Source of the DNA: Chitinophaga sp.
Lineage (GTDB): Bacteria > Bacteroidota > Bacteroidia > Chitinophagales > Chitinophagaceae
Length of the DNA stretch: 64,000 nucleotides
Direction: 5' to 3'
Assembly (NCBI RefSeq): GCF_019236475.1
Contig: NZ_JAFAIX010000012.1
Location: forward strand, 1,120,619-1,184,618
In this document: positions 25,201 to 31,760 of the stretch, in pieces
Numbering within the stretch: position 1 is the stretch's first letter
How the letters are laid out: each line of letters opens with the position of its first letter
Notes under the pieces: generated by a model
What the model was told of the DNA's origin: nothing
Seen by the model: only the letters and a program-made list of their open reading frames with translations
Database searches by the model: none
Position numbers and translations under genes: made by a program

Positions 25201-27498
25201 AACCGTTTAATTGCAGCTACTTCTGGTATTGCGGATAATGGTAATGGCTGGAAAATTTCCACTCCTTCCAATGATGCGCAATATAGCTACTATCTACATG
25301 GTCCACTGGCAAGAACTCTTATCGGTTCCAAATTTGTCCAGGGTATCGATTATGCCTATACGTTACAAGGTTGGTTGAAGTACATCAATGGGGTGCAGTT
25401 GGATCCACAGAAGGATCTTGGTAAAGATGGTACTAACGGATATGCACCTGATGTAATGGCTTATTCCCTGGATTACTTTACCGGTGATTATAAGAACATT
25501 GGTGGTCAGAAATTGGGTATTAATTATCAGCATGCCACCACTGATATCACTGGTCAGAATTTGTACAATGGGAATATTAGTCGTACTACAGCGGCACTGA
25601 GTAATATTAATGGAGGCATGCCTGTGGGATATTCTTATCGTTATGATCAGTTGAACCGTATCCGCTCCATGCGCCGTCATCCATTGACTAATACCACTTC
25701 CACATGGGGAGCGGCACAAATTGGCACCAATCGTAATGGAGAAGACTATACCTATGATGCGAATGGTAACATCCTGACTTTGAACCGTAACGGTAATGAT
25801 GATAACCATCTTGCCATGGATAGGTTGGCATATCAGTATGAACGTGATGGAGAGGGGTATCTGTTGAATAACCAATTACAGTTAGTACATGATGCTGTTC
25901 CTGCATCTACCTATCCTTCGGATGTAGATGATATGACTACTGCATTCCGTTATGATTCTATTGGTAATCTGATTGCAGATGAGTCCAATGGCATTTCGGA
26001 GATCAAATGGACAGTTTATGGTAAGATACAATCCATTAGTAGTACAAATGGCTCATTAATTTACAAATATGATGCTGGTGGAAACAGGATTTACAAAGAA
26101 TTCCATCCTGCTTCTTCACCTTCCACCGTACAGCGTACGTGGTATCTCCGTGATCCTCAAGGACAAGTATTGGCAACCTATGGAAATACCAATGGGGATA
26201 ATGCAACCTATTGGAAAGAACAGTATCTTTATGGAAGTAGCAGGTTAGGCATGTGGCAGCCTGATATGCTGGTGGCGGGTGGATCTGTTGGAAACGCGAG
26301 TTCCATCTGGGGGCAGGGTAACCGTAAACGTTATGAGTTATCCAATCACCTGGGGAACGTATTGGCTACTATTGGTGATGAGAAAAGTGGAGATTATGCT
26401 ACGGTGTTTAACCAGACAGATTATACACCGTTTGGAGCGCAGATGGATGGTGCGGTTTGGAATTTAGGAGCAGGCTACAGGTATGGGTTTAATGGTAAGG
26501 AGAATGATAATGAGGTGAAGGGTGATGGGAATCAGCAGGATTATGGGATGAGGGTGTATGATCCGAGGATTGCGAAGTTCTTATCTGTGGACCCGTTGAC
26601 GCAAGATTATCCGTTTTATACACCTTATCAATTTGCTGGTAATAATCCAATAAAGTACATAGACTTGGATGGTGGTGAGCAATTAGACCCCATTTCTAGG
26701 TATTTATTTAATAATGCTGCTTTAACTATTGTCAAAGATCCGACATCTACTAAAGCAAAGGCGCTTAGCATCGGAATGGGAGTTGGTGGTTCAGTGGAAA
26801 AGCAAATAGGTTTTTACATTAACGCATTTAGGCATCCTATTAATACGGTTAAGTCCTTAGGAAAGATGCTGGTGCAGACTAATGAAGAACGTATTGCCGA
26901 CTATGCAAACTCTATTACTCTTAAATATACTGCTCTAGGCGATAACAATGCCATTTATGGAGCTGGCGCTGAGGCAACAACGGATATAATCTTTGGGCTA
27001 AGTAGTTTGAAGGCTGGGTTTAAATCGCCTACTGTTGCGGAGCCTCCCGCTCCATCAGAACCAGCTGGACCACCTCCAATAACCTTTGAATATGAAGGTG
27101 TTCAGCATGAGGTTCAGGCAACGACTCCATATAGAAGACCAACTAATGCTACTACCAATGCCCAAAGACGGGCAGTGAACCAGCCTGGAGCTACTTGTGT
27201 TACTTGCGGTGTATCAAATGTTAGAATGAATGCAGACCATATTACACCATTGTCTATCGAATTTTTGACAAGTGGTAATATAGATGCAACACATATGCGG
27301 TCATTAGAAGCTGTTCAGCCTCAGTGCGGAAACTGTTCAAATGCACAAGGTGTAACATTGCGAAATATAACCAGAGTAGTAAATAATCAGATACGACTGA
27401 GACAAAGCTCGAATCCAAGCCCAAGTCCAAGTCCAAATCCGCCTGCTACTCCAACTAATATTAATCAAATAGGACAAAATGGATCAACAACTCCTTAA
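19228..27498 (+). CDS. RHS-repeat polymorphic toxin with N-terminal signal peptide and C-terminal HNH-type nuclease tip
   Basis: 2756 aa. Start is TTG 19228 or GTG 19234. Signal peptide LLLTVVCLLFAITAMAG. DUF6443-like stretch (VVSFFDGTLRNRQSVTL...ETIYDAYGRAVANILPAP). Many YD repeats, an RHS core and a variable C-terminus (see sub-features). Confidence 0.92.
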   Translation: MPVKILSLYLRNLLLTVVCLLFAITAMAGIEPYQQKLQGTLKKGDTLIVKDEKFQNSSYNWAQIRNNKVVNVITLGLRSDTVFKKIPTFKCEADLKIEYWSSPDQDLPITLQHVSLKIGYDSVAGSIYQQMDQYRFANAYKIKVTINDISSKELGKLPPLFYLNAEVIVNRDYLPDPKADLVPIVTGASGGATSPKMRTTQLNATTAGAAPAYTVNVVWEGAPSNELYDLEWTFVDETSANGKSLAAAGANPSDALLAGMFRNNSTRISIEGNTYSIPLVQQHQYLLTRIRRVDETKGYRDEGDWVYKLMVNGQKVPAVLTLANGIDWYESGRNWQYSAVYAEDGKRKEVVSFFDGTLRNRQSVTLSSTANKAIVQETIYDAYGRAVANILPAPVNNETLRFYEGVNLGPDGQPYTWQNVLKNETGSCTIKPDPLNTSNGASRYYSANNDITTDPFRKNIPDAEGYPIAVTTYTPDNTGRPSVQGGVGFQLQPDNSNPLTNRSTRLYYGKPEQWELDRIFGNDIGYADHYLKNMTIDPNGQVSVSYQNSNGKVIATALTGSNPDTSLLPLSDRPEPRRIKYRMFTPDRFKFDAQLLKLTATSTYLAAVPYVKDTLELNIPDLIKKYQENNVTICSNCFYELSVQVSDDCGQILVDIKNDEIGSKLPDCGKNGNTQRIINIPVNKIGEYYVTVTLALNPYAIEAFTDDFIKNNTNLKTQFYFVLELLKRENFTKCFSDCSSCKAALGERSDFMQAFKQRMQQNGIDVVANQATIDVWVSAWYDVLYSNCQASRETCTPSPCDRLKGLLMEDVSPGGQFALFDANGNPLEPTINVISNNWRAVFPAMTSGPDYENNKFEVNDGVILTPNSPDFTLQMLVQYWQPQWAEKFINFHPERCAYDFCLGNSQYKKWDQRLTEVYTSIAELPAVLNGVQYSRTDPAWLLAADPYFKPGAPGAAYMGSFQNDLIRYSERVLKISAPLKSISDFVDFSLYCVDITGSINRYQPANTSTAWTQCDPEPSCRIPDLEWQYYLKFYLELKDKYYQQYMDSAFCKGKCRVGTSSAPVPGTELPGADCSGILPSDFRAYYEVINYEGYVTYEYTGNPIKEGVTVKVSVFDNGDYRDEFGTDVMGAEFTHYTPTKLVFNAGRGKHGRIPKVFLETVLQSCTSDPVYVDTCDPLYRNKQSRIGNAALPFAVSTDTMTLKQQVKDSLNKQLNSACSVNVDSFIAKLSHSSTYSGLSTTMRSSLRAGLLEICTKGGDLEHIFGSNTVKPGESTANGDVSMEQVMKRVIGYSVFTLDFNPWLTDAFYAYDKPGQSVAKVTSKTTAAICTKLDALRAEQQVNQPGMSLYNYLVSQYGSAMNLKEADFNALVKSCSNCRYLIDREIKLPVFLDGTAKGCITGIEFNAAMSDLSAAISDFQNTSNPNYNDVVRNYLNQRWGFTLGETEYALYKDQLQTSPNAILCNIPVYDQIDQNPLQCMFNLIDGAVEGGKRQYDQYIDSVRKDFKNRYIAVCSGVKATGDYSTSVQNYHYTLYYYDQAGSLVRTIPPAGVKLIDSPEQLEYIRKARDAGNSCNYNGPMQNTPVSDALLAIGDAVVNNNQALEMWVAGSKDPVHLVTPVGNNKAYFTMAVHNGHMEIAIYRLTSPSPEIEIVNSNIISVAVGTDFALRPFNHIVIQGTNLSDATSPMSVYMNGVLLQEEQNVPGSPLEWEIDGSGTFTTDIAMLRQMRVYNRLLASNEIMANADEMCMGLSPDYESGLRNNLVNWSRINTTDADGLPTQNPDGTVVGYTGGIYPKHNLKTSYAYNSLGGVVRQRTPDAKESKFWYDYTGKLVFSANAEQQREAGRYSYTKYDDLVRIVEVGEKRNAAVLTMPDFLPESTVQQQYGSGTDGQMTTTIYDVPVLNTSLYPQDNLRKRVAASIYRDAAGANPIATYYSYDPLGNVKSLWQQLDGLHEMKRLEYKYDLVSGKVNEVRYQFGKPDQFFYNYSYDADNRLIAATSGIADNGNGWKISTPSNDAQYSYYLHGPLARTLIGSKFVQGIDYAYTLQGWLKYINGVQLDPQKDLGKDGTNGYAPDVMAYSLDYFTGDYKNIGGQKLGINYQHATTDITGQNLYNGNISRTTAALSNINGGMPVGYSYRYDQLNRIRSMRRHPLTNTTSTWGAAQIGTNRNGEDYTYDANGNILTLNRNGNDDNHLAMDRLAYQYERDGEGYLLNNQLQLVHDAVPASTYPSDVDDMTTAFRYDSIGNLIADESNGISEIKWTVYGKIQSISSTNGSLIYKYDAGGNRIYKEFHPASSPSTVQRTWYLRDPQGQVLATYGNTNGDNATYWKEQYLYGSSRLGMWQPDMLVAGGSVGNASSIWGQGNRKRYELSNHLGNVLATIGDEKSGDYATVFNQTDYTPFGAQMDGAVWNLGAGYRYGFNGKENDNEVKGDGNQQDYGMRVYDPRIAKFLSVDPLTQDYPFYTPYQFAGNNPIKYIDLDGGEQLDPISRYLFNNAALTIVKDPTSTKAKALSIGMGVGGSVEKQIGFYINAFRHPINTVKSLGKMLVQTNEERIADYANSITLKYTALGDNNAIYGAGAEATTDIIFGLSSLKAGFKSPTVAEPPAPSEPAGPPPITFEYEGVQHEVQATTPYRRPTNATTNAQRRAVNQPGATCVTCGVSNVRMNADHITPLSIEFLTSGNIDATHMRSLEAVQPQCGNCSNAQGVTLRNITRVVNNQIRLRQSSNPSPSPSPNPPATPTNINQIGQNGSTTP
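24031..24460 (+). other. LamG/concanavalin-like insertion inside the RHS protein
   Basis: ...LEMWVAGSKDPVHLV...FNHIVIQGTNLSDATSPMSVYMNGVLLQEE...IAMLRQMRVYNRLLASNEI. This is the typical LamG_3-style ending (R-x-Y-N-R-x-L-S-x-x-E-I). Confidence 0.55.
24631..26679 (+). other. YD/RHS repeat block and RHS-associated core
   Basis: Repeats such as YAYNSLGGVVRQ, WYDYTGKLVFS, YSYDPLGNVKSL, YKYDLVSGKVNEV, YSYDADNRLIAA, YRYDQLNRIRSM, YTYDANGNILTL and YKYDAGGNRIYK. The core ends YGMRVYDPRIAKFLSVDPLTQDYPFYTPYQFAGNNPIKYIDLDGGE. Confidence 0.9.
26680..27498 (+). other. Variable C-terminal toxin region (linker, Pro-rich hinge, HNH/EndoVII-like nuclease, PS-rich tail)
   Basis: 273 aa after the RHS core. Hinge AEPPAPSEPAGPPP. 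Then CVTCG(27196)...NADHITPL...QPQCGNCSNAQG(27325), i.e. CxxC...DH...CxxC as in zinc-stabilised beta-beta-alpha-metal nucleases. Tail SSNPSPSPSPNPPATP. Confidence 0.6.
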
Positions 27499-27859
27499 GT
27501 TAGAATTGGAAATATCACATAGGCAACAGGAACTGTGCAGGAAATATGGAGCACCATATTTTGAAACATCAATAGATAAATTATTGGGAATTGCAACAGA
27601 AACCTTTGCAAAGCCTATGAAGTGGCCTATAAATGGTTTACGCCATCCGATAGAATCGGAGAATTCTTCTAATTGGTATATCTGGGCAGGTGAGGATTTT
27701 AAGGAGACGGATGATTTTTTTCAACCAATGCATATTTATCATCTGAATAAAGTATACCCCAAAATATTAGATTATTTGGGGTTACCTCCTGGTTGGCGCT
27801 TTTTGTTCGATGATACTTATGAAGATGTTTGGTATGATGAAAGTTTACTACATATTTAA
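27479..27859 (+). CDS. Putative cognate immunity protein
   Basis: 126 aa with no signal peptide. The ATG overlaps the toxin 3' end by 20 nt, the classic toxin-immunity arrangement. No family recognised with confidence. Confidence 0.7.
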   Translation: MDQQLLKLELEISHRQQELCRKYGAPYFETSIDKLLGIATETFAKPMKWPINGLRHPIESENSSNWYIWAGEDFKETDDFFQPMHIYHLNKVYPKILDYLGLPPGWRFLFDDTYEDVWYDESLLHI

Positions 27860-27910
27860 TAAGCTTAGTCTATCATGTTTTTCTGAAAGAACTCTTTAAA
27901 CTTAGACTTG

Positions 27911-27946
27911 GTAAGCATTGTATCGATAATCCGGTACAATGCTTAC
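27911..27946. terminator. Strong hairpin terminator ending the RHS operon (between convergent genes)
   Basis: gtaagcattgta-(12-nt loop)-tacaatgcttac, a perfect 12-bp stem followed by tcatttat. Confidence 0.65.
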
Positions 27947-27961
27947 TCATTTATAAACGTA

Positions 27962-28294
27962 TTATTTATAAGCCGCTCTTGTTTTAGCATCCCTGATATA
28001 GGTGTCAATCAGATCAAAAAGGGTATGTTTCTTTTCTTCTTCGAGTAGTTCAATCTCCTCCAATCTTTTAAGTGTCTTTTTATCGAAATGGGCATTAATA
28101 CCTTCTCCTACCAGGTAGTCCAGGCTTACTTCCAGGGCGTCAGCAATTTTTTTAGCTGCATCAATAGACGGCAATGCTTCGCCACGTTCATATTTACCAA
28201 TCATTACACGGGATACATCACTTTTATCAGCCAGGTCAGTCTGTGACCAGCCTTTCTGGTCTCTCAAATCGGCTATAATCTTACCAATGTTCAT
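27962..28294 (-). CDS. XRE-family helix-turn-helix transcriptional regulator
   Basis: 110 aa. IGKIIADLRDQKGWSQTDLADKSDVSRVMIGKYERGEALPSIDAAKKIADALEVSLDYLVG is a textbook HTH_3/Cro-C1 pattern. Confidence 0.9.
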   Translation of the reverse strand: MNIGKIIADLRDQKGWSQTDLADKSDVSRVMIGKYERGEALPSIDAAKKIADALEVSLDYLVGEGINAHFDKKTLKRLEEIELLEEEKKHTLFDLIDTYIRDAKTRAAYK

Positions 28295-28396
28295 ATCTGA
28301 AAGGATAAAAAATATTATAATAATTACGGGTTAAAGCAAAAATAAGTAACTAAAAGGGAAAAATAAATCTGATAGGAAGTTGTTAAAATGAAATAA

Positions 28397-28618
28397 TTGG
28401 ATACATTACCTCTAGTTCCAATTCCTGTACCGCCTAAAAAGAAGGATGAGTTTAATTTGGAGGAACTGAGAAAGCAAATAGATAATATGCCTAAGAGAGC
28501 TCCTTCTACTGGTTATCGTGGGGAAGCAATTGAAAAGTTGGCGGAGAAATTATTTAATATAAAAATTCCACCTTTGTTTAGCCCGACTCCAGCTCCAGTT
28601 CCGGCTCCTATTCCATAA
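28397..28618 (+). CDS. Small ORF, possible orphan toxin C-terminal remnant
   Basis: 73 aa with a TTG start only. It ends in the Pro-rich tail SPTPAPVPAPIP, reminiscent of the PS/P-rich tail of the main toxin, and sits 13 nt before an immunity-like gene. Weak support as a real gene. Confidence 0.3.
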   Translation: MDTLPLVPIPVPPKKKDEFNLEELRKQIDNMPKRAPSTGYRGEAIEKLAEKLFNIKIPPLFSPTPAPVPAPIP

Positions 28619-28631
28619 ATTAAAAATTGAA

Positions 28632-29222
28632 ATGACAATAGGAATAAAAGAAACTTTACATCGTTTTGATACCTTTTTGAAAACAGAATGCACTTATGTG
28701 TATGATTACTATGATGCTCCTTTGTCTGATGATATGATTTTAGAGATGCTTGGAGAATTGGAGATATCCGATAATAATTTTTTTAGTTTGTATAGCTGGA
28801 AAAATGGCATTTCAGTAGAAAAGTTAGATTATTCAGTGGATTTATCTATTCTGCCCTGGGGTAACTTATTAAGTTTAAAAGATGCTTTGGATGTCGAAAT
28901 TGATAATAGGGGAAATAATTACTGGAAATTCAGTCTTAAACCCATTTTTGCAAACTTTGAAGGCGAACATTATTTAGTTGAAACAGAAGAAACCTCTGAG
29001 TTTTATGGGGTGATATACTTTTATTCTCCAAACTTGGCTTATGCAGTAAATCCTATACCCTATTTTGATAACTTAGAATCAATGCTGAGTTCTATAATGA
29101 GGTTTTTTGAAATGAAGGCACAATGGTATGATATTAAAAAAGAACGGCTTGTGTTTGATTTTGATAAATTAGATCAGATTAGGGAAGAATTAAATCCTAA
29201 AGTAAGTGGTAGTAAAGGATAG
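28632..29222 (+). CDS. Putative immunity protein, SMI1/KNR4 (SUKH)-like
   Basis: 196 aa, cytoplasmic. ...LSDDMILEMLGELEISDNNFFSLYSWKNGIS... resembles the SUKH-1 N-terminal pattern. Located in a toxin-immunity island. Family call by eye only. Confidence 0.45.
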   Translation: MTIGIKETLHRFDTFLKTECTYVYDYYDAPLSDDMILEMLGELEISDNNFFSLYSWKNGISVEKLDYSVDLSILPWGNLLSLKDALDVEIDNRGNNYWKFSLKPIFANFEGEHYLVETEETSEFYGVIYFYSPNLAYAVNPIPYFDNLESMLSSIMRFFEMKAQWYDIKKERLVFDFDKLDQIREELNPKVSGSKG

Positions 29223-29243
29223 AGCGACAGAAAGATTTAGACT

Positions 29244-29289
29244 AAATAGTATAATGGCTAGGTCTTCCAACCTGGCCATTATACTATTT
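29244..29289 (+). terminator. Hairpin terminator
   Basis: aaatagtataatggc...gccattatactattt, a perfect 15-bp stem with a 16-nt loop, directly after the stop at 29222. Confidence 0.6.
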
Positions 29290-29709
29290 AAGTATTGTTT
29301 GCAATTTAGCTTTGGTAAGGAATGCAAGATCACGAGATGAAAATCAAGAGTGTTTGCGTAGCAGATGAAGCTGCGTTACTGGTGGAGTATGCGGGTAAAA
29401 TCCTTGGCAGTGGCTCCACTATCCAGGAGGCGCTTATCCGCTATGGTCAGCGTGAAAGTTAAGCCTGGCGCCGGGGCATCTTTGCCCCGGTTCCTTTTAT
29501 AGGAAAAACCCAACCTGGCGAAGTTCCCCGGATGAAGAAGAGTTTTTGTTTCAGTTGAAAATTGTATATGAAAAAAAATATAACTTGTTGACAGTTCTTT
29601 GATGGAAATTTTTGTAGCAGGCATCGTATGGATAACTGAATTATTTGGAGCTTTAGAGTTTGATATAGCTGATGATTAGCCAGAATTGCCTCTTTAAGTA
29701 AAAGTACTG

Positions 29710-30351
29710 ATGATTTTATATCTTAACACAGTTAGAAAACATATCTCCAATGGTGATGCCAAAGCAGCAATAGATTGCTTAGAAACCTATTGCAATAATA
29801 CTATTAACGATACAGAAGCAGCCTTCTGGTTGGCATTCTTATTTGTAAATACGCAAGTTTACACTGATGGATTTTTGTCCTCGATAAATTTGTTAAAGAA
29901 TAGTTTACGAGTAGATCCTTTCGATGTCAAGTCCCTGTTACTGCTCTCCTATATTGAAAGTTGGTACACTGGTGGTATGGAAGAGGATTCGAATAAGTTA
30001 TTGGAAAGTTATCTGGTGAGTAAAGAAAAGAATAATTATAAAAAGCACTTACTTCTGTTGAATGCGGACTATTATTTTGAACTTGATAAGACAATATATG
30101 TTTCTCTACTAAGAAAATCGATTAAAGAAGATCCTACTGCTGCTTATAATTATATTTATCTTGGAAGAGAACTTGCCGATAAGGAAATGTTTCAAAAAGG
30201 AATCAATAATATCAAAACTATTGTTACTCCTACTTCCTCGGAAACCTATGATCCATTGAACTTTGATAGTTTTATAGATGAAAATGTAAGAGGTGTCAGT
30301 ATGACTTCTGTAAACTATGATAGCCTTATTGTGGAAATGAATAGTATGTGA
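29710..30351 (+). CDS. Hypothetical helical (TPR-like?) protein, possible orphan immunity gene
   Basis: 213 aa with no signal peptide, AT-rich coding. No family recognised. Confidence 0.5.
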   Translation: MILYLNTVRKHISNGDAKAAIDCLETYCNNTINDTEAAFWLAFLFVNTQVYTDGFLSSINLLKNSLRVDPFDVKSLLLLSYIESWYTGGMEEDSNKLLESYLVSKEKNNYKKHLLLLNADYYFELDKTIYVSLLRKSIKEDPTAAYNYIYLGRELADKEMFQKGINNIKTIVTPTSSETYDPLNFDSFIDENVRGVSMTSVNYDSLIVEMNSM

Positions 30352-30420
30352 TTATTCTAATATTATCGTACAACTCTAATCGTAAGCTTATAAAAGATTA
30401 ATAAAGATGATTAAAAATCA

Positions 30421-30819
30421 ATGAATGTAGTTATCACTAAAGTAGAATATCCATATGTATCATTCATTAGTAACCATGGAGAAGGTATTGCATATACTAC
30501 TGGTCAGAAATTTGAGCTAGGAGTGACGCATGGTGTTGAATTTGATCTATTGTCGGAGCTTAATATAGATGAGAATACAAAAGTAGTGACAAATCAGAAA
30601 GCAGGTTTTTATTGTGAAGATGATCGTACTTTAATTGTAGCATTGGTAGAAAGTATTGAGGAAGATGGTGCTATGTGGTTACGTATTGCCATAGATTGTA
30701 TAATTGAGGCTTATGGAGTTGATGATACTATTAAAACAGGAGATAGACTGGAAATTAGAATGCCAAAAGATAAATTTAAAATGACCAGTATTGGGACTCT
30801 TTTTAAAAGCCGAACGTAA
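30421..30819 (+). CDS. Hypothetical small cytoplasmic protein, possible orphan immunity gene
   Basis: 132 aa, acidic, no signal peptide, same island. Confidence 0.5.
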   Translation: MNVVITKVEYPYVSFISNHGEGIAYTTGQKFELGVTHGVEFDLLSELNIDENTKVVTNQKAGFYCEDDRTLIVALVESIEEDGAMWLRIAIDCIIEAYGVDDTIKTGDRLEIRMPKDKFKMTSIGTLFKSRT

Positions 30820-30839
30820 AAGTCAAGTAAAAAACTAGC

Positions 30840-31124
30840 ATGGAATATATATTATTTCCTATATGGTTATTCTATTCAATTCTTATGTTTTGGAGTGGTT
30901 TCCGGTGGTCAGCATTATATAACCAGGGACTTCATAACAGCATGACCAAGAAGATATCATTGAAAGGGTTAAAAGAATGTCTTTTAGCAGCCAAGACACC
31001 GGATGATGTTGCGTATGTGAAAAGAACGAAAGTAATTTACTGCATAGCTTTGGTAGTGTTCTATAGTTCAATAATTTTGATATTGTGTCCCTTAATATAT
31101 AAGTTATATCAGCATTCAGAATGA
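30840..31124 (+). CDS. Small membrane protein
   Basis: 94 aa with two clear hydrophobic segments (ILFPIWLFYSILMFWSGF and IALVVFYSSIILILCPLIY). 4-nt overlap with the next ORF. Confidence 0.5.
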   Translation: MEYILFPIWLFYSILMFWSGFRWSALYNQGLHNSMTKKISLKGLKECLLAAKTPDDVAYVKRTKVIYCIALVVFYSSIILILCPLIYKLYQHSE

Positions 31125-31711
31125 TAAAGTCACTATTAATAACAGCGCTAGTTTTTGTAATAGGTATGCCGATTTTTACTCCCGATCGTACCATGCCTGC
31201 GACACCTACTGATAGCGGTAAAATTCAAGTTGATACCATAACAGGAGATTTTTTGTTTGAGTTGAATGTTGCTTACTCTTGCTACTCAAGATTTGACCAG
31301 ATTGAGCAATTAGATGATATCATCATTTACGATTCGCTATTGCTTAAAAGGGACTTGCAAAGGCTCTATCGGAAAGGCATGTACGTAATTTTACCTGCTA
31401 AGAGAATTCAAGATTTTTTAAAGCAACCAGAAATTCGGAGTAGACGAAAAGATTCTTCTGTGTTTAACTTCCTGCGACCAACTTTTGTTAAAAAAAGGGC
31501 TGGCGATTCCCTCTTTTATGCATCAGCTACAAGTGATAGAACGGGCAGATTATTGTATAGGAAATTCCATGCTACATTAGTTTGTGCTAAAATCGGACCT
31601 GTTGAAACAATGATCCCTGATATGAGAAAGTATAAATGTTGCTATGCCAACAAAAAAGAACAAATTGATTCCTGGTATATTTTGGAAGTTATAAATGGTG
31701 AATGGTATTAA
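31121..31711 (+). CDS. Hypothetical protein with N-terminal anchor or signal
   Basis: 196 aa. MIKSLLITALVFVIGMPIF. No family recognised. Confidence 0.5.
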   Translation: MIKSLLITALVFVIGMPIFTPDRTMPATPTDSGKIQVDTITGDFLFELNVAYSCYSRFDQIEQLDDIIIYDSLLLKRDLQRLYRKGMYVILPAKRIQDFLKQPEIRSRRKDSSVFNFLRPTFVKKRAGDSLFYASATSDRTGRLLYRKFHATLVCAKIGPVETMIPDMRKYKCCYANKKEQIDSWYILEVINGEWY

Positions 31712-31760
31712 GGGTATAATTCAATGAGAAGACCTATTAGATCTCCTCATTGCCTCTACC

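Noticed and set aside
24310-25875. 188-aa and 170-aa minus-strand ORFs inside the RHS gene
   Set aside because: They are antisense to the YD-repeat region. Repeat-rich coding sequence often leaves open antisense frames, and no independent support exists.
29376-29624. 82-aa minus-strand ORF in the immunity island
   Set aside because: It has no recognisable motifs. It overlaps a GC-rich hairpin and a small plus-strand ORF, and it sits opposite to the surrounding gene orientation. The support is insufficient.
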